From NCBI GenBank assembly GCA_963810095.1, contig CAWEMM010000006.1, positions 800,001 to 864,000 on the forward strand: a DNA stretch of 64,000 nt, given 5' to 3'. Below, piece by piece: positions 19,980 through 28,654 of this stretch (the first letter of the stretch is position 1; each line of letters begins with the position of its first letter). Source of the stretch: an uncultured Chloroflexia bacterium. GTDB lineage: Bacteria; Chloroflexota; Anaerolineae; CG2-30-64-16. The notes below the pieces were generated by a model, which saw nothing but the letters and a program-made list of their open reading frames with translations, was not told the DNA's origin and did no database searches. A program made the position numbers and the translations under genes.

Positions 19980-20823
19980 GTTCCTCCTGTCGCCCTTGCG
20001 CTACGAGTTCATGGTGCGGGGCCTGTTGGCGGCGGTCACTGTGGGCATCGTCTGCGCGGTGCTAGGCACCTACGTCGTGCTACGCGGGATGACCTTCTTC
20101 GGCGATGCGCTCGCACACGCCATCCTCCCCGGTGTAGCGGTCGCCTACCTGCTGGGCGGGGGCAGCCAGGGCCCGTTGTTCTGGGGCGGCCTGGTGGCCG
20201 GCGTCGGCACGGCCCTGGGCATCGGCGCGCTGAGCAAGTCGGGCCAGGTGCGCGAGGACACGGCCATTGGGGTCATCTTCGCCGGCATGTTTGCGCTGGG
20301 CATCGCGCTGATCTCCACGGTCCGCAACTTCAGCGTCGACCTGACACACCTGATGTTCGGGAACGTGCTCGGCGTGTCGACCTCGAACCTAGTGCTGACC
20401 GTGGTGTTTGGCGCGCTCGTGCTCGGGCTTGTCGTGGCGTTCTACAAGGAGTTCCTGGTGATCTCCTTCGACCCGGTGCTGGCGCAAATCCTGCGCATCA
20501 ACGACCAGACGTTTCGCTATCTCCTGCTGATCATGCTGGCGGTGACGGTGGTCACGGCGCTGCAGACCGTAGGCGTCGGCCTCATGGTCGCGATGCTCGT
20601 CACGCCCGCAGCGACGGCCTCGCTGCTCACCCGGCGCCTGCCCGTCATGATGGCGGTTGCGGCAACCATCGGCGCACTCTCCGCCGTCATCGGACTTTAC
20701 CTCTCATACTACGTCAGCATCGCGTCGGGCGCGGCGATCGTGCTGGTCTGTACAACTTTCTTCCTGCTGGCACTGGTGTTTGCACCGAAGCGGGGGCTGC
20801 TGGCCCGACGCCGCTTGCACTAA
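19972..20823 (+). CDS. znuB: Metal ABC transporter permease
   Basis: Motifs GDALAHAILPG, EDTAIG, SFDP (ABC-3 family). Confidence 0.88.
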   Translation: MIEFLLSPLRYEFMVRGLLAAVTVGIVCAVLGTYVVLRGMTFFGDALAHAILPGVAVAYLLGGGSQGPLFWGGLVAGVGTALGIGALSKSGQVREDTAIGVIFAGMFALGIALISTVRNFSVDLTHLMFGNVLGVSTSNLVLTVVFGALVLGLVVAFYKEFLVISFDPVLAQILRINDQTFRYLLLIMLAVTVVTALQTVGVGLMVAMLVTPAATASLLTRRLPVMMAVAATIGALSAVIGLYLSYYVSIASGAAIVLVCTTFFLLALVFAPKRGLLARRRLH

Positions 20824-20994
20824 ACCAAGCGCCAGGCGAAATTGCTCTGGCCGGTCTCCGACCGAGCCAGGGGGCACGGCCAGAGACCGCCCCCAGCGGA
20901 CATTTTCACGCTGCGACTCGTTTAGCGGCGGAGGCTGTGCGAGCTTCAACCGATCGGAAATGGGAAACTCATGCAAAGGGGTTTTCACTCTTGT

Positions 20995-21285
20995 GGCAGG
21001 GGCCGGGCGGCCCCTGCCAACCCCGCCTCGGGGGCCTTGCCCCCGAGACCCCCAATTGCTACGCTCCTGGCAGGGCGCGAGCCGCGATTCGCCCAAGCCT
21101 CCAGGCGTGAGAGGGCTGACAGTTGCGCGCCGCACTCAATGAGGATCTGGGGAATCCGTAACTGGCGGTAACCTGCCAGTTTCGAGCGACATGCGTTCTC
21201 GGCGGAAGCTCTGCGCCCCCTTATGCGTTTGGGGGTCGAGGGGGCGCAGCCCCCCGGCGGGGGCAAGCTGCCCCCGCCAAACAGT
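20995..21285. repeat. Pair of oppositely oriented REP-like GC palindromes
   Basis: Minus-strand TTGGGGGTCTCGGGGGCAAGGCCCCCG... (about 20995-21056) and plus-strand TTGGGGGTCGAGGGGGCGCAGCCCCCC-GGCGGGGGCAAGCTGCCCCCGCC (about 21229-21280). Confidence 0.65.
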
Positions 21286-21350
21286 CATTAGGCATCAGCT
21301 GATAATCTCCCTGTGGTTGTGCCTGAGGCACGGTCAGAGACCGGCCCCAG

Positions 21351-21581
21351 CTAATTCTCGGATTGATACCTGGGCTCGGTCGAGCCCGGCGCCCCGGCCC
21401 GCCTGATCCGCTTCCCGTTCGTCACGAACCACAGCTTCCGGTCGCCGTCCGTCCGCACCCAGATGGCGGGGTGCTGGTGACCGGCAACTTCGCCGCTGCG
21501 CCAAACCTCTGCCTCCTCGAGAGCCTGCAGGATTTCGACGTGCTCACCCACCGCGTACAGATCGACCAGCCGCTGCGGCAT
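21351..21581 (-). CDS. Small hypothetical protein (76 aa)
   Basis: MPQRLVDLYAVGEHVEI...WFVTNGKRIR; its ATG overlaps the DDAH stop (TGATG coupling). Confidence 0.6.
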   Translation of the reverse strand: MPQRLVDLYAVGEHVEILQALEEAEVWRSGEVAGHQHPAIWVRTDGDRKLWFVTNGKRIRRAGAPGSTEPRYQSEN

Positions 21582-22366
21582 CAGGCCGGCTCCGCGTAGA
21601 CGAGGGAGAGGCAGGTGACGCCCCCGTCGGCCTTGGTGAACTCGGTCACCGGCACGGGGAGCACCTCGAAGCCTTCGGCGCTCAGCAGAGCGATGGTCTT
21701 GTGGTAGCCCGCCGGCGCGACCACACAGTCGCCTAGGGCCAACACGTTGCACGCGTACGCCTCGTCGTCTGGCACGACGAGCACTTTCATGCCTTGGAAC
21801 TCGGGCCGCCCGGCCATCTCCTTCACGGCCAAAAGTGTTCCTCGACCGAGGTAGGTGACGCCGCTGAGCAGATGCAGCAGGCCGGACACCGGGATCTCGT
21901 CGACGGGCAAGGGCGCAAGCGCCGCTCGCAGCTGCGCAATGCCGGCGGCATTCGTCCGGTCTGAGAGGCCGGCGTAGACGTGATGGGGCAGCACAAGCAC
22001 GTCGCCGCCCTCGAGGGTGGCGGGCGCCTGCAGAGCAGTAGTGGTGGGAAAACGCCCGCGGAGGACCGGCTCGACCAGCGTCTCTTCGCCACGGCGGCTC
22101 AATGCGCCTGGCCGGGCGATGATCGCTTGGCCGGCAATGACAAGCGCCGGGTCCTGCATGAAGCAGCTGTCGGGGTACCGTTCGTCGGGCGCGAGCGCTT
22201 CGACCGTGATCCCCGCCTGCCCGAGCGCCCGGCAGTAGGCTGCGTGCTGTTCCTGCGCCAGCTTCACGTCGATGGCCGCGCCCGTGCTGCTGATCGCGGC
22301 GGCGAAGCTCTGCCCGGGCGCGCGGACGAGCGCGTGCAGGCGCTGGGCGCCGGCGGCCCCGCTCAA
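21581..22366 (-). CDS. Dimethylarginine dimethylaminohydrolase / amidinotransferase family
   Basis: Motifs YPDSCFMQD, SRRGE, LEGGDV, LHLLSG, KADGGVTCLS. The start is inferred as a TTG overlapping the upstream stop. Confidence 0.85.
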   Translation of the reverse strand: MSGAAGAQRLHALVRAPGQSFAAAISSTGAAIDVKLAQEQHAAYCRALGQAGITVEALAPDERYPDSCFMQDPALVIAGQAIIARPGALSRRGEETLVEPVLRGRFPTTTALQAPATLEGGDVLVLPHHVYAGLSDRTNAAGIAQLRAALAPLPVDEIPVSGLLHLLSGVTYLGRGTLLAVKEMAGRPEFQGMKVLVVPDDEAYACNVLALGDCVVAPAGYHKTIALLSAEGFEVLPVPVTEFTKADGGVTCLSLVYAEPA

Positions 22367-22997
22367 GGCAGCACCTCGCGCACCTTCGCGGCCACCGCGA
22401 CGGCGAGCTTTGGCAACTCCGAAGCGTCGAAATGGATGCCATCCCCGGCAGATGACACGATGTATTGGCCGGCGTCCAGGAACCCACACCCCGTCTCGTC
22501 CGACACCAGCCGGAAGTAATGGCCGAGGCGCTGCGACTTCGCGTCGGCCCCTTCGAACATGTCCGCGAAGGATGTGCCCACCACGCACGTCGGAGGCGGC
22601 GCAACCAGCAGGACTTCCGGTGGCTGGAGGTCGGGCCCCAGCGCGCTCGCCCGGATCATCTCGACCAGCGTCTGCGCGCCCCGCGCAATGTCCCACGCCG
22701 ACAAGCCCCAGCGATGCTTGAGGTCGTTCGTGCCCAACATGAGCACCACCACATCGACGGGATGGTGGGACTCGAGGATGGCGATCAACGTGCTTTTGCC
22801 GCTTTTGTACTCGCCCTCGATCGGATCCGACCATACGGTCGTGCGCCCGTTAAGACCTTCCGGAATGACGAGGTAATCCGCGCCCGAACTCGCGCGCCAG
22901 GAAGCTGGACCCAACGCTGCTCGTAGGGATAGCGCCCCTCGCTCAAGGGATCGTAACCCCACGTGTTCGAATCGCCGTAGCACAAGACCGTCTTCAT
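22363..22997 (-). CDS. SGNH/GDSL hydrolase (arylesterase-like), frameshifted near 22905
   Basis: Motifs CYGDSNTWG, EGLNGRTT, MLGTND, DGIH. Confidence 0.85.
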
Positions 22998-23072
22998 ACT
23001 GCCTCCTTTGACGAGGTGGAGATGGGGGAATTGTACGCGGGACCGAGCGAATGATCAAACGGGAATTGGGTA

Positions 23073-23126
23073 TTGACAAGAGGTATTACGTCGTGCTATG
23101 CTAACACGGCAGTCGTGATACCTCTT
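23073..23126 (+). promoter_or_regulatory. Promoter with a flanking inverted repeat (candidate GntR operator)
   Basis: TTGACA-18 nt-TATGCT; arms AAGAGGTATTACG (23078-23090) and CGTGATACCTCTT (23114-23126) match at 12 of 13 positions. Confidence 0.65.
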
Positions 23127-23152
23127 CTTCCAGTTTCCGCTCTGGAGCACTC

Positions 23153-23905
23153 ATGTTGGAGAACACGCTGGTCCGCACTGATTCTCTCAAGACCCAGCTC
23201 CAGCGCGTCCTTCGCGAGCGGATACTCTCCGGCCATTACGCCCCCGGTTCGCAGTTCCCTTCGGAGGCCGAGTTGGTGGACGAGTACGGCGTCTCCCGCA
23301 CCACCGTCCGCAGCGCCCTTGCTGCGCTCGAAGCCGAAGGGTTCATCCAGCGCCGGTGGGGGGTGGGCACGTTTGTTTCCCGCCAGCACCACATCTCACA
23401 CCAGATCGAAGAAGCCAACGACTTCAGCGTCCTCATCTCTGCCAGCGGCTACACGCCGGGCGTGCGGGTGCTCCGCGCAATTCCTGCGTTTGCAGGCAGC
23501 CTCGAGTGCGAGCGCCTGGACGTAGACGAGGGCAGCCCGCTCTTGCGCGTCGAGAAGGTGTTCACCGCGGACGGCGATCCGGTCATTTACGCCGTCAACT
23601 TCATTCCGCATCGTATCCTGAGAGATGGGCTGTTCACCGAGGTTCAGCGCCGGCCCGAGCTGACCGAACCCATCTACACGTTCCTCGAAGAAACCTGCGG
23701 CCAACGGGTTGACTACCACATTGCGACCCTCGCGGCCATCCTCGCCCGGGATTCTGAGATTACCATCCCGGACATCGATCCCGTCACACCGCTCTTGACA
23801 ATGAGCTCTATCGGCCACGACCGGGAGGGCCGGCCTGTATTCGAGTCCCGGTCCACCTATCCCGACCCGCGGCTTCAGATGAAGCTGCTGCGCCGGAGGT
23901 CATAG
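23153..23905 (+). CDS. GntR-family regulator (HutC subfamily, UTRA domain)
   Basis: Motifs FPSEAELVDEYGVSRTTVRSAL and GVGTFV, with a C-terminal UTRA-like domain. Confidence 0.9.
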   Translation: MLENTLVRTDSLKTQLQRVLRERILSGHYAPGSQFPSEAELVDEYGVSRTTVRSALAALEAEGFIQRRWGVGTFVSRQHHISHQIEEANDFSVLISASGYTPGVRVLRAIPAFAGSLECERLDVDEGSPLLRVEKVFTADGDPVIYAVNFIPHRILRDGLFTEVQRRPELTEPIYTFLEETCGQRVDYHIATLAAILARDSEITIPDIDPVTPLLTMSSIGHDREGRPVFESRSTYPDPRLQMKLLRRRS

Positions 23906-24010
23906 GTTTTCCGCCACGAATTACACAAATTGAACGAATGGCACGAATTGCTTCCGATTCGTTGAATTCGCCACACTCATGTAATTCGTAGCCGCCTCAT
24001 TGGAGGTTAT

Positions 24011-24868
24011 ATGGCTATCCCGATTATTGATGCTCTCACCCACATCAGCACCGGCCCCGACGACGTGATCGGCTGGGGGCCGTGCTGGACTGCGGAGGAC
24101 ATGCTCCGACTGATGGACACGCCGCGCAAGGTGTGCGGTGCGCCCGCCCGTGTAGATAAGGCGGTCGTCTTCCCGTCGCTCGGCCTCACCGTCCCCACCT
24201 CGACCCTCTCGTTCGAGGACCAGCACGCTTACGTCGTGGACAGCGTGGGGCGCTACCCCGACCGGCTGGTCGGCGGTATCGTCATGCACCCCCGGCTGTG
24301 GAATGACGACGTGGCCGCAACGGTGCGCCGGATGGTCGTCGAGCAGGGCTTCCGGATGCTCTACCTGAACCCCTCGCTCCACAAGTTCTGGCTGCCCATC
24401 AAGACCCCGTCGGAAGGCGCGGGCGCTCGGAAGCTTCTATACCCCATCTTCGAGGCGGCGCGCGAGCTGCACGTCCCCGTAATGATCCACTCGGGCGAGC
24501 AGCCCTATGCGCTCCCGGCGACCATCGACTTCGTAGCCGGTGCGTTCCCCGACGTCAGCATCATCATCGCCCATCTCGGCACGCAGGGCGAGCTCTACAC
24601 GATCGAAGCTCTGCTGGTGGCCGACCGGCACCCCAACGTCTACCTTGAGACCTCCTGGGCCATGCCCCACATGATCATCGAGGCCATCCATGAAGTGGGC
24701 GCGGACCGGCTCATCTTCGGCTCGAACACCCCGCCGCTCGAGATGACGCAGCAGATCATGAACGTGGACGAGGCGATGATGGACGCGCCCCCCATCGGCA
24801 TGGGCGCGAGCGAAGCCGACACGCGGGCGGTGCTGGGCGGAAACCTGGCCCGGCTGTTGGGGATTTAG
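24011..24868 (+). CDS. Amidohydrolase-superfamily protein (Amidohydro_2), degenerate metal motif
   Basis: Motifs IDALTH, PVMIHSG, IIAHLG, YLETS, LIFGSN, GGNLARL. Confidence 0.8.
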   Translation: MAIPIIDALTHISTGPDDVIGWGPCWTAEDMLRLMDTPRKVCGAPARVDKAVVFPSLGLTVPTSTLSFEDQHAYVVDSVGRYPDRLVGGIVMHPRLWNDDVAATVRRMVVEQGFRMLYLNPSLHKFWLPIKTPSEGAGARKLLYPIFEAARELHVPVMIHSGEQPYALPATIDFVAGAFPDVSIIIAHLGTQGELYTIEALLVADRHPNVYLETSWAMPHMIIEAIHEVGADRLIFGSNTPPLEMTQQIMNVDEAMMDAPPIGMGASEADTRAVLGGNLARLLGI

Positions 24869-24877
24869 GAGTATCTC

Positions 24878-25753
24878 ATGGAATACCGAATCATCGATTC
24901 GCACGCACACATCATCCCCCAGCGCGAGCCGGTGTGGGGTTGGGGCCCGAACTTCACCGTCGATCGCCTCCTCGAAATGATGGACCGCGATTACGAAGTG
25001 CTCGGCGAGATCAAGCATGTGGAAAAAGCCGTCGTTATGACGGGCCTGGGGCTGACGTCGGTCGAGCACCGCTCGATGGAAGAAGCGCACAAGTATGCGT
25101 TGGCGTCGGTCAAGGCTAACAAGGACCGGCTGTATCTGAACCCGGTGATCAATCCTCGTGCCTACGTGCCCGACGAGCTTTACCAGATCCGCGACTGGAA
25201 AGACGAGTACAACGTCCGCATGCTCAAGCTCCATCCAAGCATGCACAACTATTACCTGCCCACCTACAGCCCCTTCCCCGCCGATGTCAGCAAGAAGATG
25301 ATCTACCCGGTCTTCGAGCTGGCGGCCGAACTGGGCATTCCCATCATGCTGCACCAGGGCGAGACGCCCTACTCCATGCCGTGCCAGATTGCGCCCGTCG
25401 CCGAGGCGTTCCCGCACGTCAACATCCTGGTGGCGCACTCCGGTGCAAACAACATCCCAGCCATGGCGAATGATGCGATCCTGCTGGCGCGCACGCACGA
25501 CAACATCTTCCTGGGCACGTCGTGGGTGCAGCCGCCCGAGCTGGTGCAGATGTACTACGCTGTCGGTGCCACCAAGATCGTCTGGGAGTCTGACTGCTCG
25601 CCCCAGTCCATGCCACAGAACCTGCGCATGCTGACCAACCTGGCTCTTCCCGCGCCGCTGGGCGTGGGCGCGAGCAGGGATGAAATCTACCGCATCGTCG
25701 GCAGCAACATCGCGGACCTCTGCAGCCTTCCGGCTTCCAACGGGGCCCTATGA
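24878..25753 (+). CDS. Amidohydrolase-superfamily protein (Amidohydro_2)
   Basis: Motifs IDSHAH, LKLHP, IMLHQG, VAHSG, WESD. Paralog of the preceding gene. Confidence 0.82.
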   Translation: MEYRIIDSHAHIIPQREPVWGWGPNFTVDRLLEMMDRDYEVLGEIKHVEKAVVMTGLGLTSVEHRSMEEAHKYALASVKANKDRLYLNPVINPRAYVPDELYQIRDWKDEYNVRMLKLHPSMHNYYLPTYSPFPADVSKKMIYPVFELAAELGIPIMLHQGETPYSMPCQIAPVAEAFPHVNILVAHSGANNIPAMANDAILLARTHDNIFLGTSWVQPPELVQMYYAVGATKIVWESDCSPQSMPQNLRMLTNLALPAPLGVGASRDEIYRIVGSNIADLCSLPASNGAL

Positions 25754-27198
25754 GACCGGAGCCCGACCTCCGCTCCTTCATCGACGACCTGGCCGCGAAC
25801 GCGCCGGCGCACCTGTTCGCGGTCGCCGGCGAAGTCCCGCTGGACTACACGTCGACCGCGCTGACGCTCGCGCTCGAAAAGCAGGGGCGTGCGCCGGCCG
25901 TCGTGCTGAACCGGCTGGTGGGACGGGAAGGGCGGCTGGTCGCGAACCTGTTCGGGTCACGAGAACTGATGGCCCGGGGCATCGATGCGACGCCCGGCAC
26001 GTTTCTGACGGTGCTGGGCGACGCGCTCGACCATCTCATACCGGCCGAAATCGTGCCGGACGGTGCACTTGCCGGCGCGCCAGCAGGCGCCAACGCCCCC
26101 GTCCACGAGGTTGTCTGGCAGGGCGCAGACGTGGACTTGCAGCGCCTGCCCATTCCCCGGCACTTTGAGCAAGACGCCGGCCCGTACATCACTGCCGGCA
26201 TGATCGCAGCGCGAGATCCGGACACGGGGGTGAACAACCTGGCGTATGTCCGTCTGCAGGTCCAGGGGCCCCGGCGGCTCGGCGCCAGCCTGCACTCGCG
26301 GCAGCACACGTGGGACTACCTGCGCCGGGCCGAGAAGCGCGGCCAGGACTTGCCCGTGGCCATCGTTATCGGCGCGCACCCGGCCGTCATGCTGGCCGGG
26401 GCAGCCAAGATGGGCATCGGCGAGGACGAATACGACCTCGCCGGCGCGCTGCTGGGGCAGCCGCTTCAGCTGGTGCGAGGGTGCACGGTGGATGTCATGG
26501 TGCCGGCCTCGGCCGAGATTGTCATCGAAGGCAAGCTGCTGGCCAACACGCACGAGACCGAAGGTCCGTTCGGCGAGTACACCGGCTACGTCACCGGCCG
26601 CTCGACCCACAACGTGATCGAGGTCACCGCGATTACCATGCGCCACGACGCCATCTTTGTAGATGTCATCCCGGGCAACTCGGCCGAGCACCTGATCCTT
26701 GGCCGGGCGGCCAAGGAAGCGTGGGTGCACAAGCGGATGGCCGAGGCCTTGCCCTTCTTCGTCGACTTTCACTACCCGTCGTCGGGCACGCACTTCCACT
26801 GCTTCGTCCGCATCGACAAAAGCGCAGAAGGCCAAGCCCAGCAGGCGGCGCAACTGATCGTCGGCCTCGACCACTATATCAAGTTGGTCATTGTCGTCGA
26901 CCGCGACGTCGATCCGGCGGACGAGGCTGCCGTGATGTGGGCCATGGCCACCCGTATGCAGGCCGATCGCGACGTGACGATCCTGGCGCACTGCATGTGC
27001 AACAAGCTGGACCCGTCGAGCGCGGACGGCGTCGGCGCAAAGCTTTTGATCGACGCCACACGCAAGCCCGGTTTTGAAGCCGAGCCCGTCCACCTGCCCG
27101 ACGACGCCCGCGTTCTTGCGGCGCAGTTGGTTGGGGGCGCACACGAAGACGTGGCCGCAAGCCCCAGCTTGCGCGTTGAGCCATCCTACGGGAAGTAA
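25750..27198 (+). CDS. UbiD-family prFMN-dependent (de)carboxylase
   Basis: Motifs DAGPYITAG, EIVIEG, EGPFGEYTGY, VIVVDRDVD, WAMATR, LDPS. Confidence 0.9.
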   Translation: MRPEPDLRSFIDDLAANAPAHLFAVAGEVPLDYTSTALTLALEKQGRAPAVVLNRLVGREGRLVANLFGSRELMARGIDATPGTFLTVLGDALDHLIPAEIVPDGALAGAPAGANAPVHEVVWQGADVDLQRLPIPRHFEQDAGPYITAGMIAARDPDTGVNNLAYVRLQVQGPRRLGASLHSRQHTWDYLRRAEKRGQDLPVAIVIGAHPAVMLAGAAKMGIGEDEYDLAGALLGQPLQLVRGCTVDVMVPASAEIVIEGKLLANTHETEGPFGEYTGYVTGRSTHNVIEVTAITMRHDAIFVDVIPGNSAEHLILGRAAKEAWVHKRMAEALPFFVDFHYPSSGTHFHCFVRIDKSAEGQAQQAAQLIVGLDHYIKLVIVVDRDVDPADEAAVMWAMATRMQADRDVTILAHCMCNKLDPSSADGVGAKLLIDATRKPGFEAEPVHLPDDARVLAAQLVGGAHEDVAASPSLRVEPSYGK

Positions 27199-27205
27199 CC
27201 GACCT

Positions 27206-28115
27206 ATGCACCGGTTCGACTACCATACTCCCGCCACCCTCAACGAAGCCGTCGCCCTGCTTGACAGTTTCGGCGAGGATGCGCGGATCCTGGCGGGCGG
27301 CACCGACCTCCTGACCGCGCTTAAAGAACGGTGGGAGACGCCGGCCCACGTGGTCGACCTGCGCCGGGTGCCCGGCCTGGACGAGATCACCTATCGATAG
27401 CGGGCGCGGGCTCACCATCGGTGCGCGGGTGACCGTGCGGGCCGTCGAGACGTCGCCGCTGGTCCGCCAACACTATCCCGCCTTGGCCTACGCCGCCTCC
27501 ACCCTCGCCTCCATCCAAATCCGCAACCTGGCGACGGTTGCCGGCAACATCTGCCGGGCATCGCCCTCGGCAGACACGCCTCCCGTCCTCCTGGCGCTCG
27601 CCGCGTCGGCGACCCTGTGCGGACCCAATGGGTCGCGCACGGTGACTTTGGATGACTTCTTCACCGGTCCGGGGCGCACAGTCCTCAGGCGCAACGAAGT
27701 GCTGACCACGATCCAACTCCCCCCGGCGCCGGCCCAGCCGAGCGCACGGCTGGGCGCGGCGTATATCAAGCACAGCCCGCGCCGGGCGATGGACCTCGCG
27801 ATGGTGGGGGTCGCAGCGGCCCTGACTGTCGAAAGCGGTTGGATGACTGGCGTGCGCGTCGCGCTTGGCGCGGTGGCCCCGACGCCTCGCCGCTCGCACG
27901 GGGCCGAAGCGGTCCTTCTCGGACGTCAGATCGATCCGGACCTGCTCGAGAAGGCGGGCGCAGCAGCGGCGGAGGAATGCACCCCGATCAGCGACGTGCG
28001 CGGCACGGCCGCCCACCGGCGTGAGATGGTTGCCGTGCTGACCCGCCGGGCGCTGGAGCAGGCCATCGCAGCCGCTCAGGGCCGCGAGGCCGGAGCAAGG
28101 GAGGTTCGCCAGTGA
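27206..28115 (+). CDS. Xanthine dehydrogenase-family FAD subunit (CoxM-like), frameshifted near 27398
   Basis: Motifs MHRFDYHTP, LAGGTDL, QIRNLATVAGN, SPSADT, PISDVRG. Confidence 0.85.
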
Positions 28116-28654
28116 AGCAACCCCTCCGCATGACCGTCAACGGCCGGCCGGTCGAACTGCTCGTCGAACCTTATCGCACGCTGCTGGACGTTCTGCGCGA
28201 CGATCTGGAACTGACCGGCGCCAAGAAAGGGTGCGACCGCGGCGACTGCGGCGCGTGCACGGTCCTGGTCGACGGCAAGCCCGTCACTTCGTGCATGATG
28301 CTCGCGGTCCAGGCCGACGGCTGCCGGATTACGACGATCGAGGGATTGCAGACGGATGGCCGGCTGCATCCGCTTCAGCAGGCGTTCGTGGACCACGGCG
28401 CGGTGCAGTGCGGCTTCTGCACCCCCGGCATGGTCCTCGCCGCCGTGGCGGTCCTGGAGGAAAACCCGTGCCCTACCGAGGCACAGGTGCGCGATGGGAT
28501 CGCGGGCAACCTCTGCCGCTGCACCGGGTACGCGAAGATCGTGGATGCCGTCCTCGCGGCGGCCAATGCCCCTGGGCAGCCTGAGCGGAGCGGAGCCCGA
28601 ACGGACGAAGCGGAGTCGAAGGACGCGGCCGGGGTGCAGGAGGCACGCCGATGA
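28112..28654 (+). CDS. Xanthine dehydrogenase-family 2Fe-2S subunit (CoxS-like)
   Basis: Motifs GCDRGDCGACT, QCGFCTPG, GNLCRCTGY. Confidence 0.92.
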   Translation: MKQPLRMTVNGRPVELLVEPYRTLLDVLRDDLELTGAKKGCDRGDCGACTVLVDGKPVTSCMMLAVQADGCRITTIEGLQTDGRLHPLQQAFVDHGAVQCGFCTPGMVLAAVAVLEENPCPTEAQVRDGIAGNLCRCTGYAKIVDAVLAAANAPGQPERSGARTDEAESKDAAGVQEARR

